Shown here one piece after another: positions 28,133-38,534 of a stretch of 64,000 nucleotides of DNA; position 1 is the stretch's first letter; the number at the start of each line of letters is the position of its first letter. A program made the translations under genes and the position numbers. Where the stretch lies: NCBI GenBank assembly GCA_964435575.1, contig CAYSZS010000002.1:762-64761 (forward strand). The letters are read 5' to 3'. Source of the stretch: an uncultured Gammaproteobacteria bacterium. Lineage in GTDB: Bacteria > Patescibacteriota > Microgenomatia > UBA8517. A model generated the notes under the pieces. It saw only the letters and a program-made list of their open reading frames with translations, was not told the DNA's origin and did no database searches.

Positions 28133-28756
28133 ATGGCACCGGTAATTTATCAAAGACAGCGTCAGATTTTAGATTTTATCAGACAGTATATACAATCTAC
28201 CGGTTCTGCCCCTACTCTTAAAATAATTGCGAATGCTTTGGGCGTTTCTTCTTTGGCGACCGTACACGAGCATCTTACTTCCTTAGAAAATAAAAAGTTA
28301 ATAAGAAGAAAGCCCGGTAAAAGCCGTTCGATAGAGTTGGTCAACGTTGATAGCGAATATTCACAGGAAGGTATTGAAGTGCCAATTTTAGGTTATATCG
28401 CAGCCGGAGCACCGATTGAGCCATATACCGACCCTAATGCAAGTTTTGCGATACCATCTAATTTTGTTTCAGGAAAAAAACGTACTTATATACTTCAAGT
28501 AAAAGGAGAATCGATGATAGAGGAACAAATTCGTGATGGCGACTATGTAGTTATCGAGCAGGCAGAGGATGCGGTAAATGGAGATATTGTGGTAGCGCTA
28601 CTTGATAACGGTATGGCTACACTCAAGAGATTTTTCAGGGAAACGACAAGAATTAGGCTGGAACCAGCCAACGCCAAGATGAGCCCCATTTTTGTAAAAA
28701 ACGTAAAAATTCAGGGTAAGGTTGTGGGTCTTATCAGAAAGTACTACAAAAACTAA
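28133..28756 (+). CDS. lexA: SOS repressor LexA
   Basis: N-terminal HTH; IAAG cleavage site, GESM (Ser), TLKR (Lys). Confidence 0.96.
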   Translation: MAPVIYQRQRQILDFIRQYIQSTGSAPTLKIIANALGVSSLATVHEHLTSLENKKLIRRKPGKSRSIELVNVDSEYSQEGIEVPILGYIAAGAPIEPYTDPNASFAIPSNFVSGKKRTYILQVKGESMIEEQIRDGDYVVIEQAEDAVNGDIVVALLDNGMATLKRFFRETTRIRLEPANAKMSPIFVKNVKIQGKVVGLIRKYYKN

Positions 28757-30420
28757 AAATCTCTTAAGTCGGAAAGTAGGTTACTCCCGGTCATGCTCGT
28801 TGGAGTTGGTAAACCTAAAAGATTAAGTATGGTGGGTGCGACGTCGGCGAGTATTCCGGTACGAAGCTTGTAGGATTTACCCAGAAGTTGATGCGAGATT
28901 GCGATGAAGGGGACCCGGCTTGTTGAATGTTCGGTGTCTATTTCGTTAGTGTCACGGTTTATTAGTTCTTCGGCGTTACCGTGGTCAGATGTAATAATTA
29001 AAGCCCCTCCATATCCCAAAATAAAATTGCTAAGTTTTCCGATACATTCGTCCACGACCTCAACAGCTTTTACGGTTGCTCCGATATTTCCTGTATGCCC
29101 CACCATGTCGGGGTTGGGAAAGTTGACAACTACAAATTTATAATCGGAAATAGACAATTTCTTTAGAAGTGTTTCTGTGAGTTCGTAAGCGCTCATTTCC
29201 GGCTTCTGATCGTATGTCGGAACTTTTGGTGAGGGTATGATTACTCTTTCTTCAAGGGGATATTCTTTTTCCCTTATGCCGTTAAAATAAAATGTGACAA
29301 ATCTTTCTTTTTCACTCTCGGTGGCTTTAAGTTGTCTTAAACTTGAGGTCGCAATGACTCCCGATATGGGCATGTCGATGATCTCCGGAGGAAATGCGGG
29401 TTTTGCTCCCGCATCCGTGATCGGTTTACCGTATTCCGTCATTGTTACAAAATATAGGTTTTTAGGTAATACGCCTCTATCAAACGGTTCTTGAGATTTG
29501 GGGGACTCTTGACTAATATGCGTTTTTTGGTATTTAACCAGGTAAGGGTCGTAATCAAAAACTATATTTGCTTTACTAAAATCTTTAAATACGAAGGTTT
29601 TTGTTAGCTGTCTGGGCCTATCTATTCTGAAATTAAAAAAAACGACCGCGTCGTTATCAGAAATTACGCTAAGAGGCTTTCCATCTTTATTCGTTATTAC
29701 CGAAGGATCTATGAATTCGTCGGTTTTTCCTTCCGAGTATGATATGTCGATTGCTTCTTCAGGTTCTTTGACAAGGTTACCTTCTCCTTTCATTAGGGCA
29801 AAATAGGCTTTGGCGGTTCTATCCCAACGCTGATCACGATCCATTGCCCAATACCTTCCCGTTATGGTGGCTATTTTGCCTACCGCTTCCTTTTTCAGAA
29901 CTTCCCTTAAACGCATGAGATAAGTTTTAGCGGCGGTTGGCGGCGAATCTCTGCCGTCGGTAAAAAGATGTAGGTAAAGCCTGTCAAATTTTAAAGTACG
30001 CGTTAAGCGGATTAGAGCAAAGAGGTGTTCAATATTGGAATGAACACCACCGGCGCCGAGAAGTCCCATAAAATGGAGGTTTGATGAAAATTTTTTGGCG
30101 TGTTCGATTGCGTTAGTCAGAATTTTATTTTCGAAAAAACTACCATCGGCGATGGCCATATTAATTCTTTCCAGATCCTGATAAACAATTCTTCCCGCTC
30201 CAAGATTTAAATGACCGGTCTCGGTATTTCCATCCTCAGCCCGAGGAAGTCCCACAGATTCCCCTGACGCTTCGAGCTCGGCATGCGGGTAAGATGCCCA
30301 GAATTTATCGAAATTAGGGGTATTTGCTTTGGTTATCGCATTACCGGGAGAGTCAGGCGCTATGCCCCAGCCGTCAAGTATAGCGAGTACTACAAATTTA
30401 CATCGTTGGGAAGAATTCAT
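28753..30420 (-). CDS. gpmI: 2,3-BPG-independent phosphoglycerate mutase
   Basis: ILDGWG, GNTETGH, GRYWAMDRD, PDMVGHTG, SDHGNAE. Confidence 0.96.
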   Translation of the reverse strand: MNSSQRCKFVVLAILDGWGIAPDSPGNAITKANTPNFDKFWASYPHAELEASGESVGLPRAEDGNTETGHLNLGAGRIVYQDLERINMAIADGSFFENKILTNAIEHAKKFSSNLHFMGLLGAGGVHSNIEHLFALIRLTRTLKFDRLYLHLFTDGRDSPPTAAKTYLMRLREVLKKEAVGKIATITGRYWAMDRDQRWDRTAKAYFALMKGEGNLVKEPEEAIDISYSEGKTDEFIDPSVITNKDGKPLSVISDNDAVVFFNFRIDRPRQLTKTFVFKDFSKANIVFDYDPYLVKYQKTHISQESPKSQEPFDRGVLPKNLYFVTMTEYGKPITDAGAKPAFPPEIIDMPISGVIATSSLRQLKATESEKERFVTFYFNGIREKEYPLEERVIIPSPKVPTYDQKPEMSAYELTETLLKKLSISDYKFVVVNFPNPDMVGHTGNIGATVKAVEVVDECIGKLSNFILGYGGALIITSDHGNAEELINRDTNEIDTEHSTSRVPFIAISHQLLGKSYKLRTGILADVAPTILNLLGLPTPTSMTGSNLLSDLRDF

Positions 30421-31691
30421 TGTGCCTTTTGTTGCAGGAGTTCAGCCTCAATTGACAAAAGCCTATTGTATTTGACTACGCGTTCGCCTCGGTTCGGTGC
30501 ACCAAATTTTGCATAGTCAGACCCGATTCCGACGGCAAAATCTGCTATAAACCAGTCATTGGTTTCTCCGCCCCTGTGGGATGTAATAATTTTCCAATTA
30601 GCTTCCTGAGAAATTTTTACGACCTTTAAAGTTTCAGTTATTGTTCCGACTTGATTGGGTTTGACTAGTATGGCATTACAGGAGCCCTCGCTTATTCCTT
30701 TTTCGACCCTTTCGAAATTGGTTGTGAGAAGGTCGTCGCCAACTACGACCAGTTGATCTTTAAAACTTTCTGATAATTTTTTCCACGATTCCCATGCGTC
30801 CTCATGAAAAGGATCCTCGATTTCGGCCAAGTGATACTGACTATTTATGTATTTGTAGTATTCTAAGAGTCCGTCGTCTGTAAGGGGTGCGGATTTGTCA
30901 CGAATTGTATACTCTCCGTTTTTATAAAAAACGTTTGCCGCTACATCAAGTCCGAAAAATACATCACGCCCGATTTGATAAGGCGTTTGTTTGACGGCTT
31001 CGTATAAAACTTCCAAGGCGTCGGCGTTGGTAAATAGATTGGGTGCGTAGCCGCCCTCTTCTCCGAAAGAATGAATCGCACCCCTTCTTTCCAGGTCTCT
31101 TCCCAATATTAGAAATATCTCAACGGCGCTCCTTAGAGAATCCGAAAAGGACTTTGAGGTTGCAGGGATAAGATGAAATTCCTGAAAATCTAAATTGCCG
31201 GCTCCGTGAAGCCCGCCTTCAATAAGTACAAAAACTGAAGACGGAATTCGAACTTCACCTTTGATGCCCACCCTTTTTGCCAGAGTGTTTATCCATAAAT
31301 AAAGCGGTTGTTTTGTTGCAAGGCTTGCCGCTTTAGTTACGGCAGTCGAGACTGAAAGAATCGCGTTTGCCCCGTATTTTGATTTATTGGGAGTTCCGTC
31401 AAGCTCGATGAGTCGAGAATCAACTCTTTCCTGATCTGTTGCGTCTGAACCCCACACACCGGGGCCTAATACGTCATTTACATTGGCAACGGCCTTACTG
31501 ACTCCCTTCCCTAGATATTTTTGTGCGTCGTTGTCCCTGAGTTCGAGGGCTTCATGGGTTCCTGTTGAAGTTCCGCTTGGAACTGAAGCTACCGCAGTTT
31601 CTCCAGTATCTAGCTGACAGGCAGCCTCAACAGTCGGAATGCCGCGGGAGTCAAGGATTTGTCTTGCCCAAACTTTTTGAATTTTAGCCAT
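30417..31691 (-). CDS. eno: Enolase
   Basis: ILDSRGIPTVE, VVGDDL, LVKPNQVG, SHRGGET. Confidence 0.96.
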   Translation of the reverse strand: MAKIQKVWARQILDSRGIPTVEAACQLDTGETAVASVPSGTSTGTHEALELRDNDAQKYLGKGVSKAVANVNDVLGPGVWGSDATDQERVDSRLIELDGTPNKSKYGANAILSVSTAVTKAASLATKQPLYLWINTLAKRVGIKGEVRIPSSVFVLIEGGLHGAGNLDFQEFHLIPATSKSFSDSLRSAVEIFLILGRDLERRGAIHSFGEEGGYAPNLFTNADALEVLYEAVKQTPYQIGRDVFFGLDVAANVFYKNGEYTIRDKSAPLTDDGLLEYYKYINSQYHLAEIEDPFHEDAWESWKKLSESFKDQLVVVGDDLLTTNFERVEKGISEGSCNAILVKPNQVGTITETLKVVKISQEANWKIITSHRGGETNDWFIADFAVGIGSDYAKFGAPNRGERVVKYNRLLSIEAELLQQKAQ

Positions 31692-31717
31692 AACTTTATT
31701 TTATATTAACTACTAAT

Positions 31718-34000
31718 TTAGAGCTTATCAACCACCTCTTTTTCTGCTTCCATTATTACTTTTCGGGTTGTATTGACCGCGTCAGGATTCACCGAGATAG
31801 AAGTTATTCCGTATTTAACCAATTTTTTAACCAAATCTTCGTACTCAGATGGTGCTTGTCCGCAGATTGAGGAGGTTACGCCATGCTTGTTGCATTTTTT
31901 AATTACGCGCCTTAAGGACCAATTGACAACCGGAGATCTTTCGTTAAAGGCGCTGGCTACTTCGGCGTTATCACGATCGGTTCCCGTCAAAAGCATTGTC
32001 AGGTCATTTGAGCCTATCGACACTCCGTCAATTCCTACCTTAATAAATTCTTCGATCAAGATTACATTAGTTGGAATTTCGACCATCATCCAGAATTTAA
32101 AAGTGGTTGAGGCAAAAAGTCCTTCGGCAGCCACAAGTCTTCTTACCTGTGATAATTCTTCGGGTGATCGGACAAAAGGGACCATTAACCAAAGATTTTT
32201 ATATTTATCCCGAACTTTTTTTATAGCCGTGAGTTCTAAGTTAAAAACGTCTGGACTGGCGATGTATCTGAAAGCACCTCGAAATCCAAGCATAGGATTG
32301 GGTTCGATCGGTTCCCAATTAGCTCCACCGGGAAGAGACCGATATTCATTGGTCTTGAAATCAGTGGCTCTATAGACTACTGGTCTGGGATAAAATGCTT
32401 TACAAAACGTTTCCAGATCGTTTGCGAGTTTCTCTACAAAATGACCCTGGGTTTTTTTCTTTATTGCTTCTTTGGGGTGAATCCCAATGTTTGCAATCAT
32501 AAATTCGGCCCGTAAAAGCCCGACTCCGTCAACGTTTAATTTAGACATCTCTACCGCCAGCTCTTTTTCTGCCAGGTTGATGTAGAGTTTTGTTGCGGTT
32601 TTGCCTTTAATTTCCTCTTCAACTACCTCTTTTTTTTCTATTTTTATCTTCCCCCCGAGGTAAATAAGTCCTCTTTCTCCGTCAACAGTGACTACTGTTT
32701 CATCTTTCAATCGCTTGGTTGCCTCTTTGGTTCCGACAACGCAGGGTATTCCTAATTCTCTTGAAACGATGGCGGCGTGAGAAGTCATCCCGCCCTCGTC
32801 GGTTATAATTGCCGAGGCCTTTTTCATTGCAGGTACATAATCCGGTGAAGTCATCGGAGCGACCAATACATCTTTGTTTTTAACTTTATTAATTTCTTTT
32901 GGGCTAGAGAGAACTTTGACGGGGCCTGTTCCTATGCCGGGGCTTGCTCCTACTCCTGTTAATACGGGAACTTCCGCTATTTTTATTTTTTTATCGTCGG
33001 TTATATCGATGGTTACTTTTGTTTCTCCCGCTTTTCCTAGCGCAGTAACCGGTCTTGTTTGAACGATATATAGGTTTTGACCATCTTTGGCCCACTCTAT
33101 ATCTTGAGGAAAATAATAATGCTTTTGCAGGCGCTCGGCGAGTTTGGCCAATTTGATGATTTCATTGTCATTTAGTTTGGGTTTGTCGCTTAATCTTTCC
33201 GGAACACCGCTTTCTATGTTTTTTCCACCCTTTTTAATTAGCTGAATCTTCTGATCAGAAATCTCTTTTGAGAGAATTGAAAAGGTGTCTTTTTGAACGA
33301 CATACCTGTCTGGAACAACAGACCCTTGGACAATCATTTCTCCCAGTCCCCAAACGGATTCAATTACGATTCTATCCTTATCACTTGTAACCGGATCTAT
33401 TGAAAACATTACTCCGGAGACTTCTGACTGAATCATCTTTTGGACAATGACTGAAATTTTTACTTTTGAATGAGAGATTTTATTCTGTTCACGATAAAAA
33501 ATTGCCCGTGCTGTAAAAAGTGACGCCCAGCAGTCTCTGACTGCGACTAAAAGATTTGCGTCACCCTTTACATTCAAAAAGGTTGCCTGTTGGCCGGCGA
33601 ATGAGGCGCCTGGTAAGTCCTCGGCAGTTGCCGAAGATCGAACGGCAACCAGAGCCGATTTAAATATCCCCGACAGCTTCTTATAAGCTTGAATAACATC
33701 GCGGGAAACTTCTTCTGGAATTAGACTCGTTGTAATAATTTTTTCGATTCTTTTTGAGGCTTCTTGAAGTTGTTCGGCTTCATTGATGTCAGTTTTTTCT
33801 ATGAGATCGTTAATTTTTTTGGAAATTTGGTTTTTTTCCAAAAAGGCATCATATGCGGAAACAGTTATTGCAAAACCAGGAGGTACAGGAAAACTTGCTT
33901 GTGTCATCTCGCCAAGATTTGCTCCTTTGCCCCCGACTGAAGGAATATCGTCTTTATCAATGTCTTTGAAGAATTTAATTAAGGGTTGTTGGGCAGCCAT
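31718..34000 (-). CDS. ppsA: Phosphoenolpyruvate synthase
   Basis: GGKGANLGE, VRSSATAED, GGMTSHAAIVSRE, EPNPMLGFRG, SIGSNDL; start at MAAQQP. Confidence 0.96.
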   Translation of the reverse strand: MAAQQPLIKFFKDIDKDDIPSVGGKGANLGEMTQASFPVPPGFAITVSAYDAFLEKNQISKKINDLIEKTDINEAEQLQEASKRIEKIITTSLIPEEVSRDVIQAYKKLSGIFKSALVAVRSSATAEDLPGASFAGQQATFLNVKGDANLLVAVRDCWASLFTARAIFYREQNKISHSKVKISVIVQKMIQSEVSGVMFSIDPVTSDKDRIVIESVWGLGEMIVQGSVVPDRYVVQKDTFSILSKEISDQKIQLIKKGGKNIESGVPERLSDKPKLNDNEIIKLAKLAERLQKHYYFPQDIEWAKDGQNLYIVQTRPVTALGKAGETKVTIDITDDKKIKIAEVPVLTGVGASPGIGTGPVKVLSSPKEINKVKNKDVLVAPMTSPDYVPAMKKASAIITDEGGMTSHAAIVSRELGIPCVVGTKEATKRLKDETVVTVDGERGLIYLGGKIKIEKKEVVEEEIKGKTATKLYINLAEKELAVEMSKLNVDGVGLLRAEFMIANIGIHPKEAIKKKTQGHFVEKLANDLETFCKAFYPRPVVYRATDFKTNEYRSLPGGANWEPIEPNPMLGFRGAFRYIASPDVFNLELTAIKKVRDKYKNLWLMVPFVRSPEELSQVRRLVAAEGLFASTTFKFWMMVEIPTNVILIEEFIKVGIDGVSIGSNDLTMLLTGTDRDNAEVASAFNERSPVVNWSLRRVIKKCNKHGVTSSICGQAPSEYEDLVKKLVKYGITSISVNPDAVNTTRKVIMEAEKEVVDKL

Positions 34001-34270
34001 AATAAATAATGATACTAATAATTCGAATAATGCCAATGCATACTAATAGGTGCAAATATTATTTCGTAAGTAGGTAGCGGTAACGAAACCCGTATCGTAA
34101 AAATCGTCTTACGTCTTACGTAACCGAAACAGGCATCCTAACCCTAACCGCTAGACTATTTATTCGTATCCATTCGCAGCATTCGCATAAATTCGCAGAT
34201 TAGCATTATACTAAACCACTATATCACAAAACCTTAGTTATAAATCAAGAAGCATATCGAGAATGAATTA

Positions 34271-35329
34271 TTACCTAGACAACCTTTCTTTGAAATAATC
34301 TACCCAAGGGATTTCTAAAGGATCTTCATTATATAATTTTGCCAGGTAATATGAAATAAAAGATCCGAGAATAAATACTTCAAATAGCTGTTTTAACCTT
34401 GTATCCGAACGGGGGCTATAGAGAAGGTAGTCATAACCATTTTTGTTTACGACTTCAGATGTTATTTTATATCTTTTTTGGACTTTTTCCGAATAAAGAC
34501 TCGAGTTAAAAAAAAGGAATTTAAGGCCCCCTTTAATTTTAGCAGGGTTTTTAAGGCCTTCCAATAAATGGTGGTTAAGCTCTGGAATATCAAAGAGTGT
34601 CGAAAAAGTCTTTGAATTTTCGTTAAATTGATTTTTTATAGCATGGGCTATGCCGTATAAATGCTCGGAAGCAATTATTACCGGAACATAGTTTTTAAGA
34701 CTAGCTGCAAGTTTATAAGACAGATTTTTATCTGTATCGATATTTTCATGAAACTCCGTTAAGAATTCGTACATAGAGTTAATGGCCTCATCAATATCTT
34801 CTCTATCGATTGAAATGAATCCTAACTTATGAAATAAGGAAAAATAGGAGCCGATAGAATAGCCCAAAGACATTCGGGGTTCTTTTGAGGGATTATTTAT
34901 TGGGTTAAAGATATAGGCAGGAATATTATCTTTTTTGGCTAGTTCGGAGAGTTTTCCTCCTGTTGTTATACAAAGAATTTTGGCATTTCTCTTCAAGGCG
35001 TCGAATGTGGCGTTAAGAGTTTCTTCCGTATTACCTGAGTAGGAATAGGATATGACAAGCGTATTTTTATTGACGTAGTTTGGAAGATGATACTCTGTAT
35101 AAATTTCAATAGGGAGTCTTATTTTATCTACGATGAAAGAGTCTATGATTCTTGCGCCAAGAGCGCTACCTCCCATGCCGCTGACGACGACATTGTCAAC
35201 GTTTTTATAATCTTCCGGGATATATAAAGTATCAATTTCTTCCCAAGCTTGCTTTAGTTGAAGCGGATAAGCGCGAATAGTATCTGCAACTAATTTATAT
35301 TTTTGGTCAAGTAACTTTGCCTTGGACAT
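34271..35329 (-). CDS. Bifunctional phosphoglucose/phosphomannose isomerase (SIS fold)
   Basis: GMGGSALG, SYSGNTEET, QFNENSK, PELNHH. Confidence 0.9.
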   Translation of the reverse strand: MSKAKLLDQKYKLVADTIRAYPLQLKQAWEEIDTLYIPEDYKNVDNVVVSGMGGSALGARIIDSFIVDKIRLPIEIYTEYHLPNYVNKNTLVISYSYSGNTEETLNATFDALKRNAKILCITTGGKLSELAKKDNIPAYIFNPINNPSKEPRMSLGYSIGSYFSLFHKLGFISIDREDIDEAINSMYEFLTEFHENIDTDKNLSYKLAASLKNYVPVIIASEHLYGIAHAIKNQFNENSKTFSTLFDIPELNHHLLEGLKNPAKIKGGLKFLFFNSSLYSEKVQKRYKITSEVVNKNGYDYLLYSPRSDTRLKQLFEVFILGSFISYYLAKLYNEDPLEIPWVDYFKERLSR

Positions 35330-35461
35330 AATTCATACTAGCCATTTATTCCTAAAATTTCAAGATAAAAAGTTAGTTTAGTAGTTTAAAAGATACATGA
35401 GCTTTGTTTATTTATAGGGTGAACTATTAAATTTAAATGATTCTTACTTAATATAAAATAT

Positions 35462-35503
35462 TCAACTATTATGACACGATCGTTTAATTTTAGTTGATCG
35501 TAA
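35462..35503. repeat. Palindromic direct repeat, downstream copy
   Basis: TCAACT-N8-ACGATCGT-N8-AGTTGA-TCGTAA. Confidence 0.8.
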
Positions 35504-35509
35504 ATCTAT

Positions 35510-36271
35510 CTAAAGCGTTTTATTTATAAGTCTGAGTGCGTTTTCCCTTGACCAGTGTTTGGGTAATAGATCCTTAGGAAGATGTGGGTCGGTTGATAAA
35601 GTTTCCACGTATATTTGAATAGCACTGGTAATAAGTTTTTTTCTTTTGTAATTTTTGGCTCGCGATGCAACCTTTATTTTATTTACTACTTTTTCGTAAT
35701 TTTTATTTATCTTTTTTAAATCCCATATTTTTTCAACTAAAGGCATAATTTTCCCGGCTAAAATCTTTTTTGCAGAAAGCACAAAAACACTATCACCCAA
35801 ACCGTGAAGTTCGAGGAACTCCCGTAAATCCTCTTCAAAATGGTAAGGGTTTATCCATACAGATTTTTGCATCATTCCAAAACCTAACTCGATAAGCTTT
35901 GTTCTTAGCAGATCCCTCGCCTTTCTTTGTTTTTCCGGAATATCAAATACTGCAATCATGAAATATCCATCCCATTTTTGATTTTTATAATGCAGCCTAA
36001 ATTTCCTTTTTAATTTTTTATTACCGGAAGAGGTAAGTATAAGGTACGCTCTACCGTGTTCATCAACTTTTCTTTCTATATCCCCGACGGAAAGCATATC
36101 CGAAACCTCTGTCAAGTAGCTGGTTTTCTTATATCTGGAAGGTATAAACCCGTATCGATTTTGCATTGCCGAAGGCAAAAATCCTCCTACCAGGCGAACT
36201 TCATCGAATAATTCACCGGAAAAAGCAGCGCTAATTAGAATATAATCCCTCAACCTCAAAAGTTTTCCCAC
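35510..36271 (-). CDS. PaaX-family protein (wHTH, Cas2-like central domain, PaaX_C)
   Basis: KWDGYFMIAVFDIPEKQRKARDLLRTKLIELGFGMMQKSVWINP; DPHLPKDLLPKHW. Confidence 0.88.
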   Translation of the reverse strand: MGKLLRLRDYILISAAFSGELFDEVRLVGGFLPSAMQNRYGFIPSRYKKTSYLTEVSDMLSVGDIERKVDEHGRAYLILTSSGNKKLKRKFRLHYKNQKWDGYFMIAVFDIPEKQRKARDLLRTKLIELGFGMMQKSVWINPYHFEEDLREFLELHGLGDSVFVLSAKKILAGKIMPLVEKIWDLKKINKNYEKVVNKIKVASRAKNYKRKKLITSAIQIYVETLSTDPHLPKDLLPKHWSRENALRLINKTL

Positions 36272-36313
36272 TCAACTTTTTTACTACGATCGTTATTTAA
36301 AAGTTGATCGTAA
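36272..36313. repeat. Palindromic direct repeat, upstream copy (abuts the start codon)
   Basis: TCAACT-N8-ACGATCGT-N8-AGTTGA-TCGTAA. Confidence 0.8.
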
Positions 36314-36372
36314 TATTAATAATACCACGTCAGAGTAACCGATGTTGTAAATTAGTGAAGATCCTAAGTTGT

Positions 36373-37176
36373 TTATGATACTATGTCTATTATTCGATCC
36401 AGAATCCTGTGGTTATTTGAGGCAATAATGCCATTAAAAAAATTTCTGTTCAAACTCTTACCTCTCGAGTCAGTTATTAACGCACCTGCTTCTTGGGCTA
36501 CAAATAAGCCGGGTGCAAAGTCATGCCATTTTGGAGGATTACTTAAGTTTACGTATGCTTCTATTCCCCCTTGGGCAAGCCAGCAAAGGCCTGTATTTTC
36601 ATCGGACAAAGACCTCAGTCTATATGTCTTTTTACCGATTTCTGATAGCCTTTTGTAAGCGTTCTCATAGTTTTCTCTATTACGATGGTATAAGGGAAGA
36701 TAGCAAAATATAAAGGAATCCTCCAGTTTTTGGATTGAAGATACTTTTATACTTTTTCCGTTTAAAAAACTTCCAGTACCTTTTGCGGCACTAAATAGAC
36801 TTTCTTCGAAGGGCCTATAAACAACCGAAACAAGGAGCTCGTTTTTATATTCCAAGGCCATTGAGAAATTCCAAAGAGGAATGCCTCGTATATATTCTTT
36901 TGTGCCGTCCAAAGGGTCAATAATCCAGCGAAAGTCAGAAAGTTTGTTTATTTCACCTTTTTCTTCGGACAGGATACTATGATCAGGAAAATTTCTGGTT
37001 ATCTCGTTGATCACAAATTTTTCCGAAGCCAAATCCGTAGAAGTTACTATGTCTTTTCGATCTTTATATTTAACAATCCTGACTTTCTTTTGCTCTTTAA
37101 GAAGTATTTTTCCCGCTTCTTTTGCTAATTTTGTAGAAAATTCAAGAAAATCAATTAAATTTTGTTTAGAAAGCAT
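36373..37176 (-). CDS. Inositol monophosphatase family protein
   Basis: SEE, WIIDPLDGT, WHDFAPG...EAGA. Confidence 0.92.
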   Translation of the reverse strand: MLSKQNLIDFLEFSTKLAKEAGKILLKEQKKVRIVKYKDRKDIVTSTDLASEKFVINEITRNFPDHSILSEEKGEINKLSDFRWIIDPLDGTKEYIRGIPLWNFSMALEYKNELLVSVVYRPFEESLFSAAKGTGSFLNGKSIKVSSIQKLEDSFIFCYLPLYHRNRENYENAYKRLSEIGKKTYRLRSLSDENTGLCWLAQGGIEAYVNLSNPPKWHDFAPGLFVAQEAGALITDSRGKSLNRNFFNGIIASNNHRILDRIIDIVS

Positions 37177-37185
37177 TATTAGAAA

Positions 37186-38532
37186 TCAGTCTCTTTTAAT
37201 AATATCTTTAACCAAACTGGTGCCTTTTTGGAAAAGAGATTCTGCTTTAGTTTCTGAATCACTTTCGGTAAAAATCCTGAACTCGGGTGCATTTTGGGAA
37301 GAACGGAAAAGAATCCATGTTGTTTGGTCGAGCCACATTTTTAATCCATCTCTTTCATCTATCTTGATTGCTTTAAATCTTGATTTAGCTTCCTTTAAAA
37401 TAACGTCTTGCTGTTCCCATTTATATTGAATTTTATCCTTAAAAGAGTAAAACTTAGGTAACTCCGAAATAAGTTTACTTAAGGATTTGTTTTTCTTTTT
37501 CAATATGTTTAAAAGTTTAATCGTTGTCGAACCACCATCTCTTGTCATTAATATTTCAGGGAAAATACATCCACCGTTTGGTTCAAATCCAATGGCGCTA
37601 CCTGTCGTTTTCATCTTTTCTATAACATAAGGTGCTCCTACTTTAGTGCGATAAACCTTTTTTTCTAAATGGTCAACAACTTGTGAAGTACTTATTGGCG
37701 TGACTACGGAATCGCCTTTTATATATTTTGCAATCAAAGTTGCGGAATAATCCCCGGGTATAAATTCAGAATTTTCGTCAACAAAAACTACCCTGTCGCC
37801 ATCAGCGTCGTAGCCTATGCCAAAATCCGCTTTCTCTTTTTTAACCGTCATTATCAATCCCATCATGTCAGGTTTATGCTCCGTGTCTCTTGCGTAAAAC
37901 TCTCCCTGTATAGTTGTATTTTGCTCAATGACATTAATTCCGAGCCTTTTTAGTACATATGGCATCGTGTCAGATTGTGCTCCATCGCCTGCGTCCACAA
38001 CTACTTTCCAGTTAGGGAAACTCCCGTTTGCTAATTTAACCAACATTTCTAGATATTCGTCTTTTGCGCGATTTTCGTTATGGATTTCGTATTCTTCACC
38101 TTCCTTAAATATAACTTTGTCTTTTAAAGAAGCATAAATACTTTCGATTTCTTTCTCGTGCTTTTTTAGAATTTCTTCGTTAAAAGCAAAAAATTTAATA
38201 CCATTTAAATTTGCTTGAATATGACTTCCAGAAACCATAATTGAAGATGAGTAATAATCACTTACAAGAAGTACAAAGCACATAGAAGGAACAGAAGTGG
38301 CTCCCTGGTCATAAACTTCTCTTCCCTCGTTAGTTAGTCCAGCTTCAATAGCCTCTTTAATACGGGGACTTGAACCTCTTGGATCCATTCCAGTTGCAAC
38401 CGCGCCTTCTTCTCCGTTTTGAGTTAGAAATTTTGCGAAAGTTCTGCCGATGTCAAAGCAAAACTGGTTAGTAAAAAGTTTTTCCGAATCGCCTCTAATT
38501 CCGCTTGTGCCGAATAATCCTCTTGTCATCAA
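37186..38532 (-). CDS. Phosphomannomutase/phosphoglucomutase
   Basis: FGTSGIRG, SGSH, DADGDR, FRSSQNAP. Confidence 0.9.
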   Translation of the reverse strand: MMTRGLFGTSGIRGDSEKLFTNQFCFDIGRTFAKFLTQNGEEGAVATGMDPRGSSPRIKEAIEAGLTNEGREVYDQGATSVPSMCFVLLVSDYYSSSIMVSGSHIQANLNGIKFFAFNEEILKKHEKEIESIYASLKDKVIFKEGEEYEIHNENRAKDEYLEMLVKLANGSFPNWKVVVDAGDGAQSDTMPYVLKRLGINVIEQNTTIQGEFYARDTEHKPDMMGLIMTVKKEKADFGIGYDADGDRVVFVDENSEFIPGDYSATLIAKYIKGDSVVTPISTSQVVDHLEKKVYRTKVGAPYVIEKMKTTGSAIGFEPNGGCIFPEILMTRDGGSTTIKLLNILKKKNKSLSKLISELPKFYSFKDKIQYKWEQQDVILKEAKSRFKAIKIDERDGLKMWLDQTTWILFRSSQNAPEFRIFTESDSETKAESLFQKGTSLVKDIIKRD

Positions 38533-38534
38533 AT

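Noticed and set aside
35510-36271. CRISPR-Cas locus suggested by the Cas2-like motif
   Set aside because: No cas1, no effector genes and no repeat-spacer array in the window; the architecture is PaaX-like
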